Source: Candidatus Omnitrophota bacterium
GTDB lineage: Bacteria; Ratteibacteria; UBA8468; B48-G9; JAFGKM01
NCBI GenBank assembly: GCA_023818745.1
Contig: JAMWBY010000001.1
Location: forward strand, 1-43,169
DNA length: 43,169 nucleotides
Direction of reading: 5' to 3'
In this document: positions 18,456-27,454 of the stretch, piece by piece
How positions within the stretch are numbered: the first letter of the stretch is position 1
How the letters are laid out: each line of letters starts with the position of its first letter
The notes under the pieces: generated by a model
What the model was told of the DNA's origin: nothing
Database searches by the model: none
Seen by the model: the letters and a program-made list of their open reading frames with translations, nothing else
Position numbers and translations under genes: made by a program

Positions 18456-19280
18456 TTATACTCCTGAATAAGCATTAAACCCTCCATCAACAGGAATTAC
18501 AGTTCCTGTAATAAAACTACCAGCATCAGAAGATAACAAAATACAAATTCCAACCAGTTCTTGTGGCTGTCCAAATCTTCCCATAGGTGTATGACTAACA
18601 ATTTTTTTCCCTCTTTCTGTTAAATTTCCGTTTTCATCAACTAATAAATATCTGTTTTGCTGGGTTAGAAAAAAACCAGGAGCAATTGCATTAACTCTTA
18701 ACTTATTATTGTATTCCATGGCAAAATGGACTGCAAGCCATTGTGTAAAATTACTTACGGCTGCTTTTGCTGCTGAATAACCAGGGATTCTCGTTAATGG
18801 TCTAAAAGCATTCATAGAAGATATATTTATTATTGAACCACCATTTTCATTCTTTATCATATATTTTCCAAAAGTTTGGCATGGTAAAATAGCACCGCCA
18901 AAAAGATTTAAAGCAACAACTTTTTCAAGTGCTGATAATGGTAAATCAAAAAAAGAAAGTTCTGTAGATGTAGTTGCTTCTTTTATATTCCCACCTGCTG
19001 AATTGATAAGAATGTCAATTTTACCATATTTATCAATTATTTTTTTTGCAACTTCTTCTATTAAACTTTTATCAAAAACATCAAGATATTCACCTTCTGC
19101 TTCTATACTTAATTTTCTTAAATTTTCTGCAGTTTCTATATAATTTTTAATATCAGCAATTATAACTTTTGCTCCTGCAAATCCAAGCCCTTTTGCTATT
19201 TCAGAACCAAGTATTCCACCACCTCCAGTAATCACTGCAACTTTATCTTTTAAAGAAAAAATTTTATTAATAAAATCCAT
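18456..19280 (-). CDS. Short-chain dehydrogenase/reductase (SDR), gluconate/mannonate-oxidoreductase-like
   Basis: TGGGGILG cofactor motif, NSAG, and catalytic YSAAKAAV (YxxxK). Confidence 0.9.
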   Translation of the reverse strand: MDFINKIFSLKDKVAVITGGGGILGSEIAKGLGFAGAKVIIADIKNYIETAENLRKLSIEAEGEYLDVFDKSLIEEVAKKIIDKYGKIDILINSAGGNIKEATTSTELSFFDLPLSALEKVVALNLFGGAILPCQTFGKYMIKNENGGSIINISSMNAFRPLTRIPGYSAAKAAVSNFTQWLAVHFAMEYNNKLRVNAIAPGFFLTQQNRYLLVDENGNLTERGKKIVSHTPMGRFGQPQELVGICILLSSDAGSFITGTVIPVDGGFNAYSGV

Positions 19281-20286
19281 TTTTTACCTCCATTTTTAGA
19301 TAACATAAAGGGTCTTCTTCTAAAAAATCATTATATAAACTATAAGCAAGCGCTCTACACCCTATACATTCATCAATTATACAATTTTTACATCTTCCTT
19401 TCAAAAACCTTTTATTTCTAATTTTGTTTAATACTTCTGAATTCAACCATATATCAATTAATTTTTCTTTTAATAGATTTCCAATAGATAAAGGTAATCT
19501 TCTACAAGGAAAAACTGTTCCATCTGGCATTATTGCAATTCCATCTTTTCCAACAATACATTGACTTCCATATAATTCATATTTTTTATCTTCAATTTTA
19601 ACCATATAACCTCTAAATTCTAAAATGTTTGTTGTATTAAAATCAACATTACAGATATTATGTAAAAATTTAGTTATTTCAAGCCAATTTTCAAAAGAAA
19701 TTGTTTCACTTTTCATATCTTTACCAAGTCCATATGGAACAAATCTTTCTATTACTAATCCATTAAAATTATAATTATTTGCAAAATCAAAAATTTTAAA
19801 AATCTGTTTCCAATTTTTTTCAAGTATTGTAAACATCAAAAATTTATCTGATTTAATATCTTTAATTTTCTCACATATTTTTATAAACCTTTCAAAATTT
19901 TTACCTCTAAAAAATTCGTATAATTCTTTATCAACAGATTCTGTTGAGATTTTTAATATAATTTTATTTTTTTCAATTTTGTAAATAACCTCGTCAGAAA
20001 GAAAAAAACCATTTGTTATTATTCCAAGATTTTTGGTTTGTTTTAAATTTAAAATTGTTTCAATCAATTTCCACATATTTTTGTGTAAAAATGGTTCTCC
20101 ACCAGTTATATCAATTACAAGTTTTCTATTTGTTTTTTTTAAAAAATCGCAAATATTAGAAAAAATATAAATAAGTTTTTCAAAAGAAAGGTCTTTGTCA
20201 GGAGAAAAATTATCCTGATAACAATGTTTGCATCTCAAATTACAATTGTCTGTTATATGCCATTGAATATGAAAGGTATTTTCCAT
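19267..20286 (-). CDS. Radical SAM enzyme with a C-terminal SPASM-type auxiliary-cluster domain
   Basis: CNLRCKHCY (CxxxCxxC) near the N-terminus and a GGEP motif. The C-terminal Cys-rich region reads CIVGKDG...PDGTVFPCRR...CKNCIIDECIGCRA. Confidence 0.88.
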   Translation of the reverse strand: MENTFHIQWHITDNCNLRCKHCYQDNFSPDKDLSFEKLIYIFSNICDFLKKTNRKLVIDITGGEPFLHKNMWKLIETILNLKQTKNLGIITNGFFLSDEVIYKIEKNKIILKISTESVDKELYEFFRGKNFERFIKICEKIKDIKSDKFLMFTILEKNWKQIFKIFDFANNYNFNGLVIERFVPYGLGKDMKSETISFENWLEITKFLHNICNVDFNTTNILEFRGYMVKIEDKKYELYGSQCIVGKDGIAIMPDGTVFPCRRLPLSIGNLLKEKLIDIWLNSEVLNKIRNKRFLKGRCKNCIIDECIGCRALAYSLYNDFLEEDPLCYLKMEVKNGFY

Positions 20287-20351
20287 AGAAATATATTTTA
20301 CTTTTTTTTGAATTTGAAATAAACTTTAATTTAAAATTATAAGGAAATCTA

Positions 20352-23300
20352 ATGGAAAAAATTCTAAAAGAAATTAAAAAACCTGGGAGTAAATTTAGAG
20401 GTGCTCCTTTTTGGGCTTGGAATGGAAAACTTGACCCTGATGAATTAAGAAGGCAGATAAGGATAATGAAAGAGATGGGACTTGGCGGATTTTTTATGCA
20501 TTCAAGGGTTGGACTTGACACACCATATTTATCAAAAGAGTGGTTTGAATGTATAAATGCATGTGCTGATGAAGGTGAAAAGATAGGAATGTTTGCTTTT
20601 CTTTATGATGAAGACAGATGGCCTTCTGGTGCTGCAGGAGGTCTTGTAACTAAGAATAAAAAATATAGAATGAGGCATCTTGTAATGACTGTTACAGAAG
20701 ATGTTAGAAAAATAAAATATTCAAAAAACACGCTTGCCATATTCATTGCAGATTTTGAAGGTGATTTGATAAAAAATTATAGAAAGATTAAAAAAAATGA
20801 AAAGGTGTCCGAAATATTAAATAAAGAAAAAATTTTATTATTTAATCTTGAAATTGCAAGAGAAAGTCCTTGGTACAATGGTTATACATATCTTGATACC
20901 CTGAATCCAGAAGCAGTTAAAAAGTTTATTGAAATTACGTATGATAACTATAAAAAATTTTCCGGTAGGTATTTTGGTAAGGTCATCCCAGGTATTTTTA
21001 CAGATGAACCAAATTATGGGTATATATATTTTCATTACAATCCACCAAATGAAAAAGAAATTTACATAGGAATTTCTTGGACAGAAAAACTGCCTTATAT
21101 ATTCAAAAAAAGATATGGATATGATATTTTAAATTATTTACCAGAAATTTACTTTGACAGAGTTGATAATAAAATTTCAAAAGTAAGATATCAATATTTT
21201 GAGTGTATTACTTCACTTTTTGTTGAAAGTTTTGCAAAACAAATAGGTAACTGGTGTGAAAAAAATAAATTACTTTTTACTGGACATATACTTGGAGAAG
21301 ATACTTTATCTAAACAAGTACATGTTGTTGGAAATTGTTTAAGATTTTATGAATATATGCAATCTCCTGGCATGGATCTTTTAACAGAACACAGGAGGAT
21401 ATTTAATACTGCAAAACAGGTAAGTTCAATTGCAAGACAATTTGATAGAAAATGGCGACTTACTGAAACTTATGGATGTACTGGATGGGATTTTTCTTTT
21501 GAAGGACATAAAGCACTTGGTGACTGGCAGGCATCATTAGGAATAAACTTAAGATGTCAACATCTTTCCTGGTATACAATGCTTGGTGAAGCAAAAAGGG
21601 ATTATCCTGCAAGTATATTCTATCAATCACCATGGTGGAATTCATATAAATTTGTAGAAGATTATTTTGCAAGAATTAATTTAATTATGACTAATGGTAA
21701 AGAGATAAGAGACCTACTTGTAATACATCCAATTGAAAGTATGTGGGCAATTTATAAGATGCCTCAAATAGAAAAAAATCAATTTATTCAGTCAGAGGAA
21801 GTGAAAAAACTTGATGAAATTTTTGCTGAAATTTGTGATATTTTACTTGCCAATCATATTGATTTTGACTATGGAGATGAAGAAATTTTGTCAAGATGGG
21901 CAAAAGTAGAAGAAAAAGAAGGAAAACCAATTTTAAGAGTAAATAAAGGTGAATATAAAACAGTTCTTGTTCCACCTTTATTCACTATGAGGAGTTCAAC
22001 CCTAAAATTACTTAAAAAATTTAGAGAAAAAGGAGGAGATGTTATATTCGTAAAAGAAGTATCTTCTTATTTGGATTGTGAAAAGACAGATAAGATTAAA
22101 GAGTTCTCAAAGAATTGTATTGTTGTTGGATCCTTTGAAGAGTCAATTAAACATCTTGAAAAAATTAGAAGAATCTCAATAAAAAATGAAAATGAAAATG
22201 AAGTCAAACAAATTCTATATCTTTTAAAAGAAGATGATGAAAACTTTTATCTTTTTCTGTGTAATACAGGAATGGAATGGGATAGTAAAGATATAAATAA
22301 ATACTGCCTTGTTAGAGATAGGAAAATCGGATTTAAAAATCTAATTATAAGGTCTTTCCCTGGTTGGAAATATAAACCAATTGAAGTTAACCTTGAAAAT
22401 GGTGAGATTTTTTATCCCGAAATAATTAAAAGCAAGGATGAGTATGTTATAAAATCTGATTTCCCACCACTTGGTAGCCATTTATATATTATTCCAAAGA
22501 AAAAAGATTTTTCTTTTGAAATAAAAGTATACAAAAAATATAAAGAAATACAAAATTATCAGATAAAAAAGGATGAATGGGAATATATTTTAACAGAAGA
22601 TAATGTTTTTGTTTTGGATATGCCATATTTTAAAATCGGTAAGGGGAACTGGAGGGAGAAAAAAGAAATATTAAAAGTTGATAGAGAAGTAAGAAAATAT
22701 TTAGGAATTCCAGCAAGAGGTGGAGCAATGGTTCAGCCATGGGCAAGGAAAAAGAAAGAAAATTCAAAAAGTGTAAGATTAAGTTTAAAATATGAATTTT
22801 TAGTTGAAAAATTACCAGAAGGAGAAATTTCAATAGCGATTGAAAAACCTGAATTATATGATATATACATAAATAACATTAAATTGACTTCTGATATGAA
22901 ATCTGGATGGTGGGTTGATAAATCTCTTGAGACAATAAAATTTGATCCAACTTTATTAAAAATAGGAAAAAATGAAATACTTCTTGAAACAGTTTATAAT
23001 GAAAATCATTCAGGGCTTGAAATCATTTATTTACTTGGGATTTTTGGTGTTGATAAAGAAAAACTTAGCATTACTTCTCTTCCACAAAATTTAAAAATTG
23101 GTGATTGGACAATGCAAGGATTACCGTTTTATTCTGGTAATGTTGGCTACATACTGCCATTAGAAAAGATTGAGTTCAAAGAAAAACAAAAAGTATTCTT
23201 AAAAATTCCAGAGTTTAGGGGAGTAGGAATAAGAGTCGTTTGTGAAGGAAATGAAATAGGTTTAATTTCTTGGCCTCCTTATGAAATTGACATAACTGAA

Positions 23301-23513
23301 TATTTAAAATATAAAGACGATATTACATTGATTATTGAGATACTTGGACATAGAAGAAATTCACATGGACCATTGCATTATTATGAAAAATGGCCAGTGT
23401 GGACAGGACCAAGTCAGTTTGTTTCAGAAGGAAATATGTGGGTAAATGATTATCAAGTTGTTCCATGTGGTTTAATGAGTTATCCTGAAATAATTATAAA
23501 AGAGGAGGAATAA
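20352..23513 (+). CDS. Large glycoside-hydrolase-like protein (GH106-like / glycosylhydrolase jelly-roll type), function unproven
   Basis: The N-terminal block GAPFWAWNGKLDPDELRRQIRIMKEMGLGGFFMHSRVGL...YLSKEW resembles that family as I recall it. It is 1053 aa with a beta-rich C-terminus and no signal peptide. Confidence 0.4.
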   Translation: MEKILKEIKKPGSKFRGAPFWAWNGKLDPDELRRQIRIMKEMGLGGFFMHSRVGLDTPYLSKEWFECINACADEGEKIGMFAFLYDEDRWPSGAAGGLVTKNKKYRMRHLVMTVTEDVRKIKYSKNTLAIFIADFEGDLIKNYRKIKKNEKVSEILNKEKILLFNLEIARESPWYNGYTYLDTLNPEAVKKFIEITYDNYKKFSGRYFGKVIPGIFTDEPNYGYIYFHYNPPNEKEIYIGISWTEKLPYIFKKRYGYDILNYLPEIYFDRVDNKISKVRYQYFECITSLFVESFAKQIGNWCEKNKLLFTGHILGEDTLSKQVHVVGNCLRFYEYMQSPGMDLLTEHRRIFNTAKQVSSIARQFDRKWRLTETYGCTGWDFSFEGHKALGDWQASLGINLRCQHLSWYTMLGEAKRDYPASIFYQSPWWNSYKFVEDYFARINLIMTNGKEIRDLLVIHPIESMWAIYKMPQIEKNQFIQSEEVKKLDEIFAEICDILLANHIDFDYGDEEILSRWAKVEEKEGKPILRVNKGEYKTVLVPPLFTMRSSTLKLLKKFREKGGDVIFVKEVSSYLDCEKTDKIKEFSKNCIVVGSFEESIKHLEKIRRISIKNENENEVKQILYLLKEDDENFYLFLCNTGMEWDSKDINKYCLVRDRKIGFKNLIIRSFPGWKYKPIEVNLENGEIFYPEIIKSKDEYVIKSDFPPLGSHLYIIPKKKDFSFEIKVYKKYKEIQNYQIKKDEWEYILTEDNVFVLDMPYFKIGKGNWREKKEILKVDREVRKYLGIPARGGAMVQPWARKKKENSKSVRLSLKYEFLVEKLPEGEISIAIEKPELYDIYINNIKLTSDMKSGWWVDKSLETIKFDPTLLKIGKNEILLETVYNENHSGLEIIYLLGIFGVDKEKLSITSLPQNLKIGDWTMQGLPFYSGNVGYILPLEKIEFKEKQKVFLKIPEFRGVGIRVVCEGNEIGLISWPPYEIDITEYLKYKDDITLIIEILGHRRNSHGPLHYYEKWPVWTGPSQFVSEGNMWVNDYQVVPCGLMSYPEIIIKEEE

Positions 23514-23514
23514 A

Positions 23515-24369
23515 TTGTTTAGAAATATATCGTTTGAAGCGATAAATATAAAAACTACATTACTTGAACAATTACGTCTTGCAAAATTAGGAAATTTTGA
23601 AGGAATAGATGTTTCAATTTTAGATATTTACGAATTTTCCAAAAATGATAAAGTTGACAAAATTAAAAATTTGATTGATAGTTTTGATTTAAAAATTGGT
23701 GGCTGGTGTTTACCCTTTAATATTGACGAAGAAGAAGATAAATTTAATCAAGATATAGAAAAACTTGAAGAATATTTAAAAGTTGCAAAAAAAATTTCTG
23801 CCTTCCGAATTTATACATGGATTGTTCCTTTTTCTGATAATTTAACATATAAAGAAAATTTTAAATTTCATTTAAAAAGAGCACAAAAAATATGTAAACT
23901 TATAGAAAAATATAATTGTAGAATCGGTTTTGAATTTGTAGGTACTAAAAGTTTAAGAATAAATCATAAATATGAATTTATTTGGAATCTTGAACAGTTG
24001 CTTGAATTTTTAAAAAAATTAAAAATGGAAAATACTGGAATCTTACTTGATAGTTGGCATCTATATGCATCTGATGGAAAAGTAGAAGATATTATGAAAT
24101 TAAAAAGCAATGACATAATTTATGTTCATATTAATGATGCTCCTGATTTACCTAAAGAGAAGTTGATTGACAATGAAAGATTTTTACCTGGAGAAACAGG
24201 AGTAATTAATTTAATTGGTTTTTTAAGAGCACTTAAAGAAATCAATTATGATGGCCCAGTAACTCCTGAACCATTCAATAAAAGAGTAAATGAGCTTCCA
24301 AATGAAATAAGTGTAAGATTAACTGGTGGATATCTCTTAAAAATTTGGGGAAAAGCATTTTCTCAATAA
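23515..24369 (+). CDS. Sugar phosphate isomerase/epimerase (xylose-isomerase-like TIM barrel, AP-endonuclease-2 superfamily)
   Basis: Blocks FEFVG, LLDSWH, VHINDAP and PEPF. TTG start 1 nt after the upstream stop, with a GAGGAGG SD. Confidence 0.75.
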   Translation: MFRNISFEAINIKTTLLEQLRLAKLGNFEGIDVSILDIYEFSKNDKVDKIKNLIDSFDLKIGGWCLPFNIDEEEDKFNQDIEKLEEYLKVAKKISAFRIYTWIVPFSDNLTYKENFKFHLKRAQKICKLIEKYNCRIGFEFVGTKSLRINHKYEFIWNLEQLLEFLKKLKMENTGILLDSWHLYASDGKVEDIMKLKSNDIIYVHINDAPDLPKEKLIDNERFLPGETGVINLIGFLRALKEINYDGPVTPEPFNKRVNELPNEISVRLTGGYLLKIWGKAFSQ

Positions 24370-24370
24370 T

Positions 24371-25987
24371 ATGAGTAGAATATATTTCCTCCAGTTTAAA
24401 AATGGTAAAGATGGTTTTGAAATTCAACCAGGTCTTACTATACTTGATTATGCTCAAAAATTAAAGATAAAAATAAATGCAGAATGTGGTGGAATTGGAA
24501 AATGTGGGAAATGTGTTGTAAGAATTGAAAAAGGTGAAGAAAATTTAAATCAACTTACCTCTGCAGAAAAAAAATTTGATCTTGGTCAAAAGTATAGATT
24601 GGCATGTCAAGCAAAAATTATTAAAGACCTTTCAGATATTGTTGTTTATATAAAAGATTTTGGAAAATATGAAATTTTGAAATATGGAAAAGGGAAAATA
24701 GTTGAAATATTTCCTTTTTATAAAAGAAAGGGGAATAATGTATATAAAAATGGAGAAAAAGTTGATATTTATAGAGGTGGAATTTATGGACTTGCAATAG
24801 ATATAGGAACTACAACTATTGTATTTGACATTGTTAATCTTGAAAACGGAAATATTATAGGAACAGTTGCAAAAACCAATCCACAGATTATTTATGGCAA
24901 TGATGTTATTTCAAGAATTGAGTATACTATGGTTGATAAAAAAGAAAAAAGATTTTTAAATGAGAAAGAAAGAAAAGAAAAAATTTATGAATTGCAAAAA
25001 GTGGTTGTAAAGATGATAAATGATGAGATAAAAAAATTTGATAAAGAGATATTTGATAAAATATACGAAGTTGTTATTGCTGGAAATTCAACAATGAGGA
25101 ATATATTTTTCATTATTGATGTATCCACACTTGGTAAAATACCTTACGAACCATTAAATCCAGAGAGTTTAATTAGAAATCCAGATGAAATAGAATTGAA
25201 AATGAATAAAAATGGAGAAATTTATGGTCTTCCTTTGATTGGGGGACATGTAGGTGCTGATATTGTTGCTGATATACTTGCTTCTGAAATTTATAATGAA
25301 GAAAATGTTTGTATGCTTGTAGATATAGGAACAAATGGAGAGGTGGTTATAGGAAATAAGGATAAACTTCTTGCGACATCTGCTGCTGCTGGAGGTGCTT
25401 TTGAGGGAGTAAATATAAGTTGTGGTGTTGGAGGAATAGAGGGAGCAATAAAAGAAATAAATATAATAAATGGAAAAGTGTATTATTCAACGATTGGAAA
25501 TAAATATCCTATTGGAATATGTGGCTCTGGTTTAATTGACTTATTAAGTGAGATGTTAAAAAATAAAATAATTGATGAAAAGGCACGACTTAAAGATGGA
25601 GAATTTTATATAACAGAAAATATAAAAATAACCCAATCGGATATTTTTCAACTTATAACTTCAAAATCAGCGATCAAAACAAGTTGGCAAGTCCTTTCCA
25701 AAATTTATCCTATTGATTTAAAAAATATTGATAAAATTTTTATTGCTGGTGGATTTGGAAATTTTATTAATGTTGATAGTGCTATAAGGATAGGATTAAT
25801 TCCAAATATTGATAAAAATAAAATTATTAAAATAGGAAATGGTTCACTTGAAGGCGCGAGAGAGGTTTTATTATGTTATAAAAAAAGAAAAATTGCTGAA
25901 GAGATTGCTCGAAAAACAAAACACATACGAACAAATGAAATAGAACCAAATTTTAACTACCTTCTTACAGAAAATATGTATTTTTAA
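24371..25987 (+). CDS. 2Fe-2S ferredoxin plus ASKHA ATPase fusion (DUF4445 / RACo-like reductive activase family)
   Basis: N-terminal CGGIGKCGKCVV ferredoxin-type cysteines. ASKHA phosphate motifs AIDIGTTTIV and VDIGTNGEV are present, plus GICGSG. Confidence 0.8.
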   Translation: MSRIYFLQFKNGKDGFEIQPGLTILDYAQKLKIKINAECGGIGKCGKCVVRIEKGEENLNQLTSAEKKFDLGQKYRLACQAKIIKDLSDIVVYIKDFGKYEILKYGKGKIVEIFPFYKRKGNNVYKNGEKVDIYRGGIYGLAIDIGTTTIVFDIVNLENGNIIGTVAKTNPQIIYGNDVISRIEYTMVDKKEKRFLNEKERKEKIYELQKVVVKMINDEIKKFDKEIFDKIYEVVIAGNSTMRNIFFIIDVSTLGKIPYEPLNPESLIRNPDEIELKMNKNGEIYGLPLIGGHVGADIVADILASEIYNEENVCMLVDIGTNGEVVIGNKDKLLATSAAAGGAFEGVNISCGVGGIEGAIKEINIINGKVYYSTIGNKYPIGICGSGLIDLLSEMLKNKIIDEKARLKDGEFYITENIKITQSDIFQLITSKSAIKTSWQVLSKIYPIDLKNIDKIFIAGGFGNFINVDSAIRIGLIPNIDKNKIIKIGNGSLEGAREVLLCYKKRKIAEEIARKTKHIRTNEIEPNFNYLLTENMYF

Positions 25988-25988
25988 T

Positions 25989-27062
25989 TTATCTTTTTAC
26001 TCTTACATTTCCTTCCCAAATGCTCCATATTTCTTCTTCATCAAGTATTTGGGCATAGTCAGTCAAAAGCGTTACCACATAAGCACCACAAGCCCACCCA
26101 AATTGTATCCATTTTTCTTCATCCCAACCTTTTAAAATACCATATAAAAGTCCACCAACAAAAGCATCTCCTCCACCAATTCTATCAAGAACAAAAATTT
26201 CTCTTGGTTCAATAACATACCATCTCTCCTTAACTGACATAATTGCTCCCCATAGATGCTGTTGTGCACTTATTACTTCCCTTAATGTTGTTGCAAAAAT
26301 AGTTACATTTGGAAATACTTTTTTTGTTTTTTCTATCATGCTTTTAAAATTATCTATCTGTGCTTTTATATTCTTTCCACCAGGAGAAGGTCCTTCAACA
26401 CCAAGACATAACTGAAAATCCTCCTCATTTCCAACAAGAATATCTGTAACTTTCACAATCTCTGCAAAAATTTCCCTCAACTCTTTCTCTCTATTTTTCC
26501 AAAAAGATGCTCTATAATTTAAATCAAATGAAATTTTTGTTCCATACTTTTTCGCAATTTTTGATATTTCAAGACAAAAATTACCTGTTTCAGGAGAAAG
26601 TGCTGCAAACAAACCTGACATATGAACAATACAAACTCCCTCTTTTCCAAATATTCTTTCAAGATCAAAATCATCTGGTTTTAAAGTTCTTCCTACTTCC
26701 CCTGCTCTATCATTCCAAACCCTTGGTCCCCTCATCCCATAACCAGTATCTGCAATATTAAATTGATGTCTATAACCCCAGGGACCTCCCTGTGGAACTT
26801 CTTTTGCTTCAACATCTATACCTCTACTTTTTAAGCTTTCTTTTATAAATCTTGCTATTGGACTACCCTTTACAAATGCAGTTAAAACTTTTACAGGAAG
26901 ACCAAGATATGAGGATACACTTGCCACATTTGATTCTGCACTTGTTGCATGCATTATATAAAGGTTACTTGTATGAACAGGTTGCATATTAAAAGGTGTA
27001 ATTCTAACTCCAATACTTGTAGGCACAAGTAAAGCATATTTAAAATCCTTTTTTAATTCCAT
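25989..27062 (-). CDS. PfkB-family carbohydrate kinase (2-keto-3-deoxygluconate-kinase-like)
   Basis: C-terminal PfkB signature DRIGGGDAFVGGLLYG and ribokinase-like fold blocks. Convergent with the upstream operon, with a 1-nt gap. Confidence 0.85.
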   Translation of the reverse strand: MELKKDFKYALLVPTSIGVRITPFNMQPVHTSNLYIMHATSAESNVASVSSYLGLPVKVLTAFVKGSPIARFIKESLKSRGIDVEAKEVPQGGPWGYRHQFNIADTGYGMRGPRVWNDRAGEVGRTLKPDDFDLERIFGKEGVCIVHMSGLFAALSPETGNFCLEISKIAKKYGTKISFDLNYRASFWKNREKELREIFAEIVKVTDILVGNEEDFQLCLGVEGPSPGGKNIKAQIDNFKSMIEKTKKVFPNVTIFATTLREVISAQQHLWGAIMSVKERWYVIEPREIFVLDRIGGGDAFVGGLLYGILKGWDEEKWIQFGWACGAYVVTLLTDYAQILDEEEIWSIWEGNVRVKR

Positions 27063-27138
27063 TTTTACCTCCTGTTTGTGTTGGATTAGATTTTATCATA
27101 AATTTTCATTTTTTGAAAGATTAAAAATTCTTGGATTG

Positions 27139-27167
27139 TTGACTTTAATAAATTAATATTTTAAAAT
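27139..27167 (+). promoter_or_regulatory. Candidate promoter (TTGACT, 17-nt spacer, TAAAAT) for the small membrane protein / permease operon
   Basis: Hexamers at 27139..27144 and 27162..27167, followed by a G8 run that forms the SD for the ATG at 27191. Confidence 0.4.
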
Positions 27168-27190
27168 TCTATTTAAACAAGGGGGGGGAT

Positions 27191-27424
27191 ATGGTGGTAT
27201 GGTTAACAATTATTTTGATAAATGGCATTTTAATGCTTTTTGGAAGTAATTTTATAATCAATAATAATTTGGTAAAGCCAATGGGCCTGGTAATTTCTCT
27301 TATTTGTATTGGACTTGGCTTAAGAGTTACAATTCTTGGGAGAAAGGGAGAAAAAGAGGCACTTAAAAAAAGAATTAAAGAACTTGAAGAAAAATTGTCT
27401 GAAATTGAAAAAAAGTTAGAATAA
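27191..27424 (+). CDS. Small membrane protein (two TM helices plus a charged coiled-coil tail)
   Basis: The 77-aa ORF has two hydrophobic segments and a KKRIKELEEKLSEIEKKLE tail. A G-rich SD lies immediately upstream. Confidence 0.5.
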   Translation: MVVWLTIILINGILMLFGSNFIINNNLVKPMGLVISLICIGLGLRVTILGRKGEKEALKKRIKELEEKLSEIEKKLE

Positions 27425-27454
27425 ATTAAAAGTTTTGATAATTATCTTGAAATT

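Noticed and set aside
20287-20351. Promoter and operator assignment in the 65-bp divergent spacer between the radical SAM operon and the GH-like operon
   Set aside because: A TTGAAT-17-TTAAAA arrangement and a TTTGAATTTGAA direct repeat are present. However, the hexamers are weak, and such matches are expected by chance in DNA this AT-rich.
20240-20521. 93-aa minus-strand ORF spanning the divergent intergenic region
   Set aside because: It overlaps the starts of both the radical SAM gene and the 1053-aa gene and is antisense to conserved coding sequence. I considered it as a possible RiPP precursor, but it has no leader/core-like features and no independent RBS.
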